From Craspedostauros australis (Eukaryota), in NCBI GenBank assembly GCA_030167865.1, contig JALAGF010003606.1, positions 1 through 64,000 of the forward strand: a DNA stretch of 64,000 nucleotides. The letters run 5' to 3'. Position numbers and translations under genes: made by a program. Each line of letters begins with the position of its first letter. The stretch's first letter is position 1. Under the pieces are notes generated by a model that was not told where the DNA came from, made no database searches, and saw only the letters and a list, made by a program, of their open reading frames with translations. This document shows, piece by piece, positions 35,603 through 47,763 of the stretch.

Positions 35603-36628
35603 TTACCATGATTGCGAACTATCGTATCGTTGGAAGTCGTCGTAGCCTCTTTGCTTCGGAGCGGACGCATCCCGCTTCGACCATGCGCCCTTGGGCTTCC
35701 TCTTGCCCTTGGATGCGTTGGCGCCGCGATTGTTCGAATTTTTCTGCTTCTTGGGAAGCGTCAGTTTCATCCCAGTGCTCTTGGCTAGCGCCGTCACCTG
35801 GTCCTTGGGAAACACCAGTATCCGCTTGTCCGACACACCGGCATGTTCCAGCAACTCATCGATCTCCACATCCGCGCTGGTGCGTTGCAGGACATCCTCC
35901 TCGATCTCTCCGCCGATCATGTACGCCAGCTTGCCCTTCGAGTCAATCAGATTCTTCACCCAGAAACAGAACTTGGGCAACGCCGCAACGCTGCGTCCCA
36001 CGCAGATATCGAACGGCTCCTTCTCCACAAGCTCCTCCGCACGACCATGATGGATCTTGACATTCGTCAGACCCAGCCGCTCCGCCATGTTCTCCACTGC
36101 TCCCAGCTTCTTGCCGACGCTGTCGACCAGCCAAAAGTCGATCTCGGGATACGCGATCGCCAGCGGCAGGCCGGGAAATCCACCGCCCGTCCCCACGTCG
36201 ATGATGCGCCGCACCGTGCCATCCACGACGGACAGTCCGAGGTATCCCAGGCAAGGCATTACGTGTCGCCCAAAGACCACGTCCACGGAGCAGTCCTTGC
36301 GGCTGATCAGATTGATTCGTTCGTTCCATTCCACCACCAGGCGCGCCAGGTCTTTCAGCTGCTTCTGTTGGGCGGTGGATAGTTCCAGACGATTCAGGAT
36401 GGCCATGGCTTCATCAGAATCGGGATCCATGGCGAATTGCACGGACGTGCTGGGTTCATGGCTGCCGTCATCGACGGTGGTGGAAGAGAGATGTGTCGTC
36501 GTCGGTAATGTTGCCGCCGATGTTGCTCTTGTCAACGCAGTTTGATGGACGGAAAAGGCGAAGGAGATCGATGGAATGATGGCGAGGCAGAGAATGCCAC
36601 CGAAGAGGAATTGTCGTCGCAGCTGCAT
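35603..36628 (-). CDS. rsmG: 16S rRNA m7G methyltransferase RsmG/GidB, plastid-targeted
   Basis: Motifs WNERINLIS, DVGTGGGFPGLPLAI, LVDSVGKK, GRAEE and RSVA. Leader MQLRRQFLFGGILCLAIIPSISFAFS is a signal peptide plus AF motif. Confidence 0.93.
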   Translation of the reverse strand: MQLRRQFLFGGILCLAIIPSISFAFSVHQTALTRATSAATLPTTTHLSSTTVDDGSHEPSTSVQFAMDPDSDEAMAILNRLELSTAQQKQLKDLARLVVEWNERINLISRKDCSVDVVFGRHVMPCLGYLGLSVVDGTVRRIIDVGTGGGFPGLPLAIAYPEIDFWLVDSVGKKLGAVENMAERLGLTNVKIHHGRAEELVEKEPFDICVGRSVAALPKFCFWVKNLIDSKGKLAYMIGGEIEEDVLQRTSADVEIDELLEHAGVSDKRILVFPKDQVTALAKSTGMKLTLPKKQKNSNNRGANASKGKRKPKGAWSKRDASAPKQRGYDDFQRYDSSQSW

Positions 36629-37449
36629 CTTGATGGATCTTGGTTCGAACGGAATAGAATATAATGTGTAATACAACGGAAGACTCGCTACTCTGAACCT
36701 TGAGTATTGAGGTTGGTGATGACTATTCTACTCGTATTCGTGGTGGGGTGGACCTCAGCGAAGAAGACGATGGCTCAGTAGGCCGAAGGAACAAATTGAT
36801 GCAGAAGAACGACAAGGGATGGCAAGAGATGGGGAGAGTTCTGACAAAGTTGATGTGTTCTTCTGAAAAAGTGGTGATTGGTTTCTCGGTCTGGTTTGGA
36901 GGCATTGTCGCTGACGACTGACAGACCATGTATCTACTCGTGACTGTATTCAATCATGGACACGCGTCAGTCAACCATTTTCTCTTCAAGTTCGCAATCC
37001 GTTGACGTGCCAGTCGTAATCTGCGGTACAGAACAAAGCCTGAGAAAATGGCGGCATTGGTGATGTCGTCATTGATGACCGTGGTCTGATTGATCGGCAT
37101 TCATTGTGTGCAGCACCCACATCGCTCCCACTTCTCCCACGTCCCATCCATCGCGCACTGTCAACTCACTCCAGCATTGATCCAGGACAGGAGACACTAC
37201 TCGTGCGAAGACGAAGACGAAGACGCAGAGAGCATTGGCGCATCAATTCGTCAGATTCCCACGACGACGACGACAATACATCCACAATTTCGATCCAGAG
37301 GATTTGACATCAGCTTGCGTCTTTTGCCATCCCATCCCATCCCCTCAGACTCGTCCGCATCCACACGTTCCACCGCAGCAGAACGCAGCGCAACAAAACG
37401 CAACTCCAACCAAACCACTCGTGGCGCTATACGACACCCCCGCTGCTGC

Positions 37450-38445
37450 ATGAGATCATTACCATCAACGTCAACAGCGCACCATCGACGTCGCAGAAGT
37501 GGACCATCCTCGCCTTCTCCAGCATTGTTGTTCCTTTTCTTTGTTCTCATTTCGAGCAACTGCATCGGCCCCGTCGCAGCAGTCCGCAGCCGAAAGCTCT
37601 TCGATTTCCTTGCCCCCTACGCCACATCTCCAGCAGAGGAAGGAGCAGCAAGCAACATGCCATCCAAAACCGAAGGCAACGCCACCAATAACGATTCCGG
37701 AGTCCTGAAGGAACTCAAGGAAAAAATCAAGGATCAGGCAACAGAAATTGAAGCGCTCAAACAGCAAATGAAAAAGGCCGGCGTCGTTCCATCCTCTGGC
37801 TCGTCGGCAACCAAAAAGACTTCGTCCTCCGATGCTGTCTCACATGGAGGTCACGGCGGAGGCGACGTCAGCCCCGAGGACGTTGCCAATTACATGAGCA
37901 TTCCATTTTACGAACAGGCCTTCCGACGTGTCACGTGGTTGGGCATCTTCCTGGGATCCTTGGCGTTGACGGCCCTCATTATGAACGGATTCGAACACAC
38001 CTTGGCAAAGAACATCGAATTGGCCTACTTCGTTCCCATGCTCGCGGGACATGGTGGCAATACTGGAGGACAGACTGTCGGCACGATATTATCGGCGCTG
38101 AGTGTCGGCGCTGTCTCCATCAGCGATGCGCCCACCGTCATTCGCAAGGAGGCGATGGCCGGGGTTCTGTCGGGATTCCTTTTATCGATGGCGCTCGCGC
38201 CCATCGCACATTACGTCATGGGAATTTCCATGCCCGTTTCCGTCGTGCTCCTTGTCTCGTTGCCGATCGTCTCCACCATCGCCTCGACGTTGGGATCGGC
38301 CATTCCGTTCTTTTGCGTCATGGTCGGGTTGGATCCCGGCGTCGTTGCGGCACCGGCGATGACCAGCTTCGTCGATGTGGCGGGTCTCATGTCCTACTTC
38401 ATTCTAGCCAACAAGGTCTTTGCCATGTTCGGGCTGGAATTGTAG
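37450..38445 (+). CDS. MgtE-family divalent cation transporter (membrane domain only), with N-terminal signal-like segment
   Basis: Motifs R..WL, LAYFVPML.GHGGNTGGQT, IRKE and LDP.V.AAP.MTSFVDVAG, with five TM helices. No CBS pair visible. Confidence 0.88.
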   Translation: MRSLPSTSTAHHRRRRSGPSSPSPALLFLFFVLISSNCIGPVAAVRSRKLFDFLAPYATSPAEEGAASNMPSKTEGNATNNDSGVLKELKEKIKDQATEIEALKQQMKKAGVVPSSGSSATKKTSSSDAVSHGGHGGGDVSPEDVANYMSIPFYEQAFRRVTWLGIFLGSLALTALIMNGFEHTLAKNIELAYFVPMLAGHGGNTGGQTVGTILSALSVGAVSISDAPTVIRKEAMAGVLSGFLLSMALAPIAHYVMGISMPVSVVLLVSLPIVSTIASTLGSAIPFFCVMVGLDPGVVAAPAMTSFVDVAGLMSYFILANKVFAMFGLEL

Positions 38446-38770
38446 ACCGATTCCACGGCTGCTCTACTCGTACAGGTATGGTATAGTACCATAACTCGCA
38501 CTCGGCTCTACTATTTTTACTCTTTTCAATCGAGTGCTGTACGAATGCATATATTAGTACTCTGCTACTCTCCTGCCATCGCTGTTAGTATCCCGCCTCC
38601 ACGCTGTAATGCAGAAAGTTCCTAGAGAGAGAATAGCAATCCAAACTTTGCGCTGACTCCACCCAATCCGTACTCGAAAGTGTGGTATCAGCACTGCCGA
38701 TGGTGCCTGTTCGTACGTATTTTATGGTGTATGTGGTCCTATCTTGATTTGACTGTTCCACTCGATTGTT

Positions 38771-39808
38771 CTACATGTTGTTGCGGAGAGACTCATACAT
38801 GGCTCTTGGATTCTGGGCGGCGCTGGGTTCGAGATGGAGGCAGTTGGCTCTGGATGATCCGAACGACAGGAACACCAAACCTCGGCCTGCAACGGAGAAC
38901 AAGAGCTTAAGCTTGAAGTGCTTGAGTGGCTTTGCTTCTCCTTCTTCGTCACAATACGAGGCGAGGAAAGCTCCCATGTCATCTCCAAGAGCTGCGTGGT
39001 TTTTGGCGATGCCTTGAAGAAGATTTGGCACATCCCACGCATCATCGAAGGCAAGAACGAAATTGATGGTTTGTTTCTCTGAAGCGTCGCCATCGCCATC
39101 ATCCTTTGCCTTTTGGGCTTCCATGGTATCATCCATGGAGTGAACATGGTCGAGCACTGGCTTCATGGTGCCGCTATGCTCCTTGAAGGTTGCCGCAAGG
39201 ATTTTCTTGAGACCGGCGCGGACTCTCTTCGCATGTTCGCCCTCACCGTCGTCATCACTGGGCTTGGCGATGTCATCGGAGGTCTTGACCATCATGGTGA
39301 GAGCGGCGTTTCGGGAATACGCGCTTGCTGCCAGATCAACGGTCTTCCCGGTTCCAATGCCGGAGTGGTAGACGAACACCTTGCCCAGGTCAGACGGATT
39401 GTTGGGTGCGACAATAGTGACACTCGGAACGCGCTTGTTTCCATGTCCAATCTGTTTGAAGTTGGATCCGGCGACGTAGAATGCTGGTGTGCCCCAAGCA
39501 TCGCAGGCAAGGCAATGGAGGCTTGGTTGTGTGTTGCGACGGAAGAGCCCATCCACCACATTGACGATCGACTCACGAGGATCGCCGACTGGAGGGCTGT
39601 CGGAGCTGCCTGCGTTGTCAGTACTCATCTGGAATTTGGAATGCGAGAATGGCGACACATGTGCGGTGAGTGGCAGTGGGGTGTTGAAAGCCGTCACACG
39701 AGTTGCTGCGGAGACAGTCATAAACGCTGTGCAGAAGCGAGCCACAACCGCGGCTGTTGTGGATGACCGGAGCTTTCGAGCAACGGTGGTACTCATCACG
39801 GAAATCAT
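38771..39808 (-). CDS. Uncharacterised P-loop NTPase-like protein, possibly truncated or a pseudogene
   Basis: 345-aa ORF with Walker A-like VFVYHSGIGTGKT, Walker B-like FVLAFDDA and a downstream strand LLFSVAGRG. The ORF ends about 30 aa later. Confidence 0.55.
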   Translation of the reverse strand: MISVMSTTVARKLRSSTTAAVVARFCTAFMTVSAATRVTAFNTPLPLTAHVSPFSHSKFQMSTDNAGSSDSPPVGDPRESIVNVVDGLFRRNTQPSLHCLACDAWGTPAFYVAGSNFKQIGHGNKRVPSVTIVAPNNPSDLGKVFVYHSGIGTGKTVDLAASAYSRNAALTMMVKTSDDIAKPSDDDGEGEHAKRVRAGLKKILAATFKEHSGTMKPVLDHVHSMDDTMEAQKAKDDGDGDASEKQTINFVLAFDDAWDVPNLLQGIAKNHAALGDDMGAFLASYCDEEGEAKPLKHFKLKLLFSVAGRGLVFLSFGSSRANCLHLEPSAAQNPRAMYESLRNNM

Positions 39809-40866
39809 CTGATAGCCTGACTTGGATTCTGTTTTTTTTGTGACGGGATTGGTTTGGTTTGGGCTGGTTGAGAGAGTTCTTACCTGAATGGCGTTGTTGC
39901 TGTTCTGTTTCTGGTGCTGCTTCTTCTACCAAGTTTGGCTGGCCAACTGTTTTATGGCCGCTCCTGCCGTTCGCATCATTGCGATTCCTCTCCGTCCTAC
40001 TACCTGCGCGTAGAGGACCTTCTGCTTTCTGGTACTGCCCCTCATCATGCACCACGGCAACACCACCATCTTCACTCCGCGACGTCGCAGCTTGGGACGG
40101 GTTTCAGTTTCTGGGACAAGGAAAATCCCAAATCACATCTTACAGAGTATCGTATCGTTTCTGATGTCTTCTCCGGGCTTTCTCGCAACCATCCTTTTGT
40201 TGCTCCTGCACGGACTCCCGATTATCGCAGAAGATCTTCGTTCCGTGCAGCTGGTCTTGCGGCGGTGCTCTTCTTGCCACTGTTGGTTGGTTACGACTAT
40301 CCACGCTGGAGTGAACGTCGACGTTGGCGGCAAATCACAGACATCCAGATCTCGTCGGAGCATCCACGATTCAGAGAAACCAGTTCAACAATCGTGGATG
40401 GCATGACTGAATCATGTGTAAGTCGTGTGAACAGAACAACACGAAATATGTCTGTTTCTATCAACCATAGAGACAGACAGACAGACACACAAACAACGTG
40501 CTTGTTGGAATTCAAGATCAAAACTATTTGGGGGTAAAACGTGTTACCTTCGCCATCAACCCCCTAAATCCTTCACTCACCTCTCGAAATCGCGACAAGA
40601 TACGGTTTTCGTCGTTTCAACGATCCGTTACGTCGTCTCTTCGTTTTCTCCTTTCTCTGTTCTCCTTTCTCATTGGCCTCGTGTGTTCGTTGGCACACAT
40701 CCGTACTCATGTGATGCATTTGGTGGCGAGGTGCTTTCTTTGGCGGAACAGCCGTCGGCAACCTTTCAATCCACTCCCAACCACAATTCTGTTTCTCCAC
40801 CATTTAGCAGAGAAACTGGATCGATCGAGCAATCAGTAACAAGCCAAGGATACACAAGAGAGGAAG

Positions 40867-42401
40867 ATGTCAAGCTATCAGAATGAAACGATGGCCCTTG
40901 TGGCGGACACTGGGGCCACCAGCTCCGCAGCCACAACAGCCGATGGCACGAAGCAACGCCGTCGTGTTGCCTTGGCCGGTGTCATCACGGTGGCGGTCTG
41001 TGGCGTCGCGCTTGCGATGAGTGGAAGCGGCGGCAGCTTGATGGCCGCGCGATCAGCCGAACGTCCACGGCTGCTGTCCTCGGGCAAAGATGAGGACGAT
41101 TGCAACAGCGGCGACTATCGCAAGCGAACGTTGAAGCTCGCATACGAGGTCCCCATGGTCTCTCTGTTCCGTGACATGAAGGGACAGAGAAAGCACGAAG
41201 CGTCGGATGTCATCAAGGTGAGTCATTGTCCACGCCTCTCGTGTTACTCGTGCGGTATCCTGCCTGCGATTCGTGATGGAAGCAACTGCTCCACGAGCAC
41301 AAATGGTCGCGAAGATGTTCAGGTTCACACGTGATCGTTCGACTTGGGCGTTGGAATTGCCGGGTGCTTCGCTGTGGCGCACTGATCAACACCTCCCCCC
41401 TCGAGCTTGACGTTGACGTCGTCATCGATGATATCACCAGGCGCAAACGCTGACCCTCGCACATCATTCGCGCGGCCTTCGTCTCTGCCACATCGCACAA
41501 CTTTCCGTCCATGACGTCGAACTCGACCTCAACTTCAACCTCGACATCGACATCAACCTGTACATAGGTTGACGACACGATCTACGCAGTGTGCGACAGC
41601 TCCTGGGCGATCGCCAAATTCTCTGACACGCTCCCGCCACTGGGATGGGAGAACACTTTGATGGGCGACCCACGCCGAGAAAGCGATGATTCTGGATACG
41701 AGGCCATCGTTCACGAGGCCGGAACTTTCTACGTCATCCGAGAATCCATCCAGATGACGGAGAGAGACAAGTTCCACGCCATCATCGAGGAATTGCGCGA
41801 CCTGTCACCCAAGAACTACACCATCAGCAAACAATGTCCAAGCGAATTCGAGTTCGAAGGCGACAGCAAGGGTTTCGAAGGTGCCATCGCCGTGCGGGAT
41901 TTGGACTTTGAGGTCGTCATGCTGGGTCTATGCGAGGGCAACCATTGCTCCGAGAAAAAGAAATCCGACAAGGGACATGGACGCATCGTGGCCATGAAGA
42001 AAGCCTACAACTCCACGGATGGATCGTGCGAGTGGAAGACGATCCGCACCATCAAGATTCCCAAATCAGCAGACTTCAAGGACTACTCCAGCATCACCAT
42101 GGATAGCATGGACCGCGTCGCGATCACCTCGCAGGAAGATAGTCAGCTCTGGATCGGCAACCTGAACGGAAAGACGCCGAGCGGTCTTTGGGATATCGAG
42201 GCGATGGACTTCGACAACGATGACTACGATCTCTACGACTTCCCCAAGAACGACCAATGCATGACCGTGTACTGCAACATCGAAGGCATCCACTGGATCA
42301 ACGAGCACATGCTCATCGCCGTCAGCGACAAGATGAAGAAGAGCCAGGACTTTCGTTGCTTCGACAAGGATCAGTCCGTGCACGTCTTCACCTTGCCGTA
42401 G
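40867..42401 (+). CDS. Type II membrane or secreted protein with predicted beta-propeller, function unknown (2 exons)
   Basis: Exons 40867-41217 and 41568-42401 (GTGAGT...ACATAG, phase 0). One TM near the N-terminus, repeated blade-start motifs (EASDV, GYEAI, GFEGA, DYSSI, NIEGI) and paired Cys. Confidence 0.7.
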
Positions 42402-42727
42402 AGTATGGTACTCGTGGAATCAAGCAATGCGAATGGATTCCAACCATCACCGTGCAGTGTGGTACGTACCTACCTTGGGGAGTACTCAGCTACTCGTATG
42501 TATGCGTAGCTTGTAGTACTCCAGAAACTCTGGAAATAACATTTATTCAGAATCGGGAAATGCAATGTAACAAGGCGTCCGTGCGGAAGTCTTTGCTCTC
42601 TCGCTTGCATGCGTGTACTCGTTCATGTGTACCATGTGAATACCCATTGAGGGGAGGTACCAATACATATGTATGGATGATGACTATGATTACTCGCACT
42701 CTGGTCTTCTTTCCTTGGCCATGGCCC

Positions 42728-44191
42728 CTATTTGTCCTTTTTCGACTCAGCCTCCTGTGCTGGCGATGCGTCCTGTGCCGCCGGGGCTTGTGCTTGGCTG
42801 TTCTTGCGGACTTCCTCTTCAAAGAGCAGGTCTTCGTGAATGTTGTCATCCATGCTGGGCTCGAGTCCTTCGCTGGGCGGCACGAGCATGTAGACGAACG
42901 CAAAGACGAGTAACAGGGCGACGAGGAGGCTGTAGGGCAGATTGTCGATGAAGATGCCTTCGATCTTGCCGAGGAAGCCGCCGCGCTTGAGGGCCTTCGC
43001 GTTTTCGCGCGGGATGCTCCTGTCATGGACGGCTTCCAAGAAGTCCTCCAGCTTGGTGTAGGTCTCGTTCTGATAAAAGTTCTTGGTCGGCACATCCAGG
43101 ACGATGTACTGCGGGATTTGGTGGACGCGGAACTGCTCCAGGAACTTCTTCCAGCGCACACCGTCCATCATGCCGAAGTAGTACTTGTCGACAATGTCCG
43201 CGGGTCCATCACTCGTGACGTACTTGGTGAGCTCAGCCTTGGCCTCGTTGACTTGCGACTCGTCCTTGAAATCCACGATGCCCACAACGAGAGGGCGGCC
43301 GCTCTTTCCAATCTTCTGAAAGTTGGCGGGTCCGATGGTTGTGATGGTGGCGATGCTCTGCGTCGCGATGAATTCTTCCAGGTCAGAAGTTGTGATCTCC
43401 GCCTTCTCTTCGTCTGACTCTTCCTCCGAAAGGTATGCGCGTGGTGCAATGCCATCCTCCAACCGGTTGATGAACTTCGTCGCGACGTCTTCGACAGCGA
43501 CTGTGGCAAAGGGTCCCAGGATCTCGTCGGCGTTCTCTGCGTCCGCCGCAAGGTCCAGCCACAGAAAGTGCGCGAACGCCTTCTGCTTGCGGGCCACCTG
43601 CGCAAAGACCTGCCCGTACGTCGTGGATTGCATCGATTCCTCGATATCCACTGCTTCGTTGAAGGTGCTGGCATCGTAACCAACGAACACGACGCCTTCA
43701 TCGGTGTGTTCCTTCGCGAATTCGATCGCCGCTTCGTACGTCGCGACGGGCTTGACAGCGGGCGCGCTCATCTTGTTGGCAAAGTTGATGATGGACTTCT
43801 GATCGCGGCTGCCGGGGTACTCATGCAAATCTCCATCCAACGCAAACTTGAGGGAAGGGTATCCGCGGATCTTGAATCGATCGCAGAGCCTCTTCTCGTT
43901 GGTGCAATCCACTTTGCCGATGGCCATCTTGCCGTGCAGGAGGGGCGCGACCTCGTCGAGGACGGGCGCCATGCGCTTGCAATGGCCGCACCATGGCGCG
44001 TAGAACTTGAGGAACCACAGCGGGTTGGCCGGGTCATTGATCGCTGCGTTGAAGGACATGGTGGTGAGCCCCACGACCTTGTCGTGCGTGACGCCCGTCT
44101 GGTAAGTGCCTGCCTCGCATGTCCGCCAAGTCAGCATGCACGTCAAGGCGAGGGCGATGGCGCCTCGCATGGTCTTGCTATTGGTTCCCAT
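42728..44191 (-). CDS. Membrane-anchored protein disulfide isomerase (TMX3-like)
   Basis: Signal peptide, one catalytic thioredoxin domain FYAPWCGHCK, further thioredoxin-like domains, a C-terminal TM and a KKDK ER-retrieval signal. Confidence 0.9.
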   Translation of the reverse strand: MGTNSKTMRGAIALALTCMLTWRTCEAGTYQTGVTHDKVVGLTTMSFNAAINDPANPLWFLKFYAPWCGHCKRMAPVLDEVAPLLHGKMAIGKVDCTNEKRLCDRFKIRGYPSLKFALDGDLHEYPGSRDQKSIINFANKMSAPAVKPVATYEAAIEFAKEHTDEGVVFVGYDASTFNEAVDIEESMQSTTYGQVFAQVARKQKAFAHFLWLDLAADAENADEILGPFATVAVEDVATKFINRLEDGIAPRAYLSEEESDEEKAEITTSDLEEFIATQSIATITTIGPANFQKIGKSGRPLVVGIVDFKDESQVNEAKAELTKYVTSDGPADIVDKYYFGMMDGVRWKKFLEQFRVHQIPQYIVLDVPTKNFYQNETYTKLEDFLEAVHDRSIPRENAKALKRGGFLGKIEGIFIDNLPYSLLVALLLVFAFVYMLVPPSEGLEPSMDDNIHEDLLFEEEVRKNSQAQAPAAQDASPAQEAESKKDK

Positions 44192-44823
44192 GGTACAATA
44201 GAATAGATACAGAAATCTTCTCCGCGTCTTCTATAATAGTTGCGATTCCTTCTGCTTGCCCCTTTGTGGTTTGGTTGTTGTTGTTGTGATTCAACCAGAA
44301 CGGTTTTGGACATTTCTCTCTTTGTTGTGTCTCGCCTGATGTCTCGTGTCTCGTGTGTTTTGGCATCCTTTCGCATCTTTCCTTTTCTCGTTATTCATTA
44401 CATCTCTGCAATACGCCGATTTCCAATAAGACTGAAACATATTCGTTACTACATCCACAAAATCGAAGGAATTGGACACTCAATGCAATTTAAGGAAGAG
44501 GTAGGTAAATGGCTTCGCCAAATCTCCGCGATGGGTCTGTACGGCAGTCGTCTGCGCTCAACAATTTGAAATGCCCACAGATAACGACTGCGACACACAC
44601 ATCGATCATGGCAATGACACATCCAAGAAATGCGCCAGATCGAATGTGAGTCCAGCCAAGAGGGAGAAACGGAGAGCGCACCCACAAACACCATCGATGC
44701 CCAGATCAGAGACCAACAGGAGCCTGCCGACAACCCTTCCTCTCAGGATAGGTTCAAATTGCTTGCAATTACCCCCCAGCAACAAGATCAGCAGCGGCCG
44801 CTTTGTGCCGTGAGGGAAGAACG

Positions 44824-47763
44824 ATGGGAGCGCCTGAATTGAGCAACGTCCTGTCCGAGATGAACACCCACAGCGCAAGCCCCAACCCTCGTGCACAGCG
44901 CACGCAGCATGCCCCCGGTGGCAACATTGCGGCAGCTTTGGGTGCGCCCGTCTCCACCACCGAGATGGAACACACCTACGCCTCGCTGATCCAGCAGTAC
45001 CTGCAGATCATGTGCGTCGACAATGCCATATTCCTGGCCGAACGCATGGTGGCGACGTGCCATTCCAGCCCGCAGTCCCTCTACCTGCTCGCGCTGTGCC
45101 ACCACCGCGATGGCAAGCCGCAACGCGCGTTGGCTGTGCTGGAGACCATCCGAACGGACGCATTCCCGATCGCCAAGTACCTTCTGGCCAAGTGCGCCAT
45201 GCAGCTCAACCACTTGGATCGTGCCGAGGAGGCCCTCTTGCAGCAGGCGCGTCGCAGCTACCGTCAGCACAAGCAGGAGAACGTGCAGACGGATGCCATT
45301 TCCACCATGGATGATTGGATCGTCCAGACATCGCCGTGCCCTGTGCCCAACGGCGCCGCGGGGCTCTATCTCCTGGGATGTATCTGCCGCAAATCGAATC
45401 GCAAGAAGCGGGCCATCCAGTACTTTCGTCTGGCACTCAAGGTATGTGCACAGCTGTATCGGGCATCACTGGATTGGGCATCACTGGATTGGGCATCACT
45501 GGATTGGGCACAGCAGGGCAGAGTGCAGCCATTCCTATTGCTTCTTCATCTCACGCTGACGAACACATTTCTCACTTCCACAACATCATGCTCTACTTTA
45601 ATGATGCATTCACACTCACACACAATTCCATTTTTCTACCTTTTCCACCACATGTTCGTTCGGCATTCGTCGCTTCGATAATTACAGCTGGATCCTCTCA
45701 TGTGGGTGTGCTTCGAGGCGTTGTGCGAGATGGGAGCAGATGATGTCGACCCGGTTGCAATCTTCGGCGTTCTACCACAAAACACCGAGAACGTGCCTGC
45801 AATGGCCAACACGCACCTTCACGTGGATACCGACACGGACATGGACATACCGAGCTTTCAAACGAACGCTGCGCCGCTGCGGCCAAAGGCATTGGGAACA
45901 CCGGGCTCTCGTCCTTCATCTGCGGCGCCGTCGTCGGTGCATCAAACACCAACAGAATCAAAGAAGTTGATGGATCGCATTGGCTTCACGGAAGGCTCAC
46001 CATCTGCAACCCCAGAATCAGCCGTCCCGAAGGCGTCGCTCTTCCAAACCGTGCGCAGACCAAGAGGAAACACTGCGTCAAGCATGGCGCCATCGGGGTT
46101 GTTCCAAACCCCGAACCTGACACCGATCCCCATCAACGACACCTCCTTCGCACCGTACCAAGGACAGGAGGCAGGCAACGAGCAACCGGAACAAAGCTCC
46201 TTCGTCGATGCCTCGCATCCGCACACTGTCCGCAGAGCCAAGCAGGTGGCAGCGCGATTGTATTACCCAACATCACCAGAGACGCCCGAGTCGGCCCAAG
46301 GGAAAGGCCAGGCTCACATGTACTTGCGCGGCATCAACCGCAACCCGCTCTTTTCCGACGCCTCCAAAGTTTCCAACACCCCGCTGCGTCGCGGTGGTCG
46401 AATGTCCGTGGAGAATGCTTCCACGGCACGCAAGCCACGGGCGTTGTTCATGGCGTCGGAGAACAAGGCAGACAATGCCCGACCAACGCCTACCGACACC
46501 AAGTACAATGACGATATGGCATCCAAAGACTTCCAACCACCACCAAATCCAAAGCTACAAAAGGCCGAGGTGCACCAGCAGGAGGACGAGGAAGCTTTGT
46601 TGGAAACCCAGCGAGCCGTGGAGAACATATTGCAGTTGCTGTGCACATTGGGGGCGGGGTATCACCAGCTCTGCCAGGTACGTTCTGTTGTCACCGTGCT
46701 GTTTGCACCTTTCGTGTTATGCTTGCTTTTCTGTGTGCTCACGAATGCTGTGGTCCTTTCTTTCATTGCACAATAATTCATGGCCGTTTCCAATTTGCGC
46801 ACCACTATGTTGCAGTTTCGTTGCAAGGATGCACTGCAGTTATTCCATTCTTTGCCGCACGCGCAAAGAAACACAGGGTGGGTGCTGCACATGGAAGGCA
46901 AGGCGTACTTGGAAATGTCCGACTATCGTAACGCGCAGCGGAGCTTGGAACGCATGCAACGCGTGGAGCCTCACAGGTCGAAGGGGTTGGAGCTATTATC
47001 GACCGTGTTTTGGCAGCTGAAGAAAGATGTCGAGCTCGCCTACCTTGCGCAAAAGGCGGTGGACTTTGATAGGATGTCACCGGAGGCATGGTGCATCGTT
47101 GGGAATTGTCTCTCGTTGCAGAAGGAGCACGAAACCGCCCTCGTCTTCTTCGGCAGATCGTTGCAATTGGATCCGTCGTTCACCTACACGCACACATTGA
47201 GCGGTTATGAATACATGGCGAACGAGGATTTTGAGAAGGCGGTGGCATGCTTTCGCAGCGCCATCCATGTTGATGATAGGCATTACAACGCGTGGTACGG
47301 TCTGGGCGCCATCTATCACAGGCAGGAGAAGTACGATCTTGCAGAGTATCACTTCCAGCGCGCCGTCTCCATCAATCCTCAGAGCTCCGTCCTGCGCTGC
47401 AACCTGGGGATGACGCAGTTCGCCAACGGCAAGGCGTATCAGGCACTTGACACCCTCGGGGAGGCCTTCCGCCTGGATCCTCACAACCCGCAGGCTCGAT
47501 TCCAGCGCGCCTCCATCTACGTCGCCCTGAATCGGCCGCAGGATGCGTTGGTGGAGCTGGAGAAGGTGCGCGACGCCGCTCCCAGAGAAGCCACGATCCA
47601 CTTTGCGATTGGAAAGGTTCTAAAGAAGCTGGGGCGGTCCGAGGAGGCCATGCGGTGTTTCCTCACCGCTCTCGATCTGGACCCGAAGGACAGCCAGCTG
47701 ATCAAGTCGGCAATGGAAAAATTGGAGCAGCCCGATTTGGAAGAAGAGGTCGCTGATTTCTAG
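44824..47763 (+). CDS. CDC27: Anaphase-promoting complex subunit CDC27/APC3 (TPR protein), 3 exons
   Basis: Exons 44824-45441, 45688-46677 and 46816-47763, all with GT-AG introns in phase 0. Motifs NAIFLAER, SPEAWC.VGNC.SLQKEHE.A, YTHTL.G.E, RHYNAWYGLG and AEYHFQRA..INP. Confidence 0.95.
45461..45510. repeat. 15-nt tandem repeat (GGGCATCACTGGATT x3.3) in CDC27 intron 1
   Basis: Three perfect copies read directly from the sequence. Confidence 0.92.

Noticed and set aside
39809..40866. ORFs of 100-207 aa between the NTPase-like ORF and the propeller gene, and a possible transposon end
   Set aside because: No domain similarity, terminal inverted repeats, LTRs or target-site duplication detected by eye.
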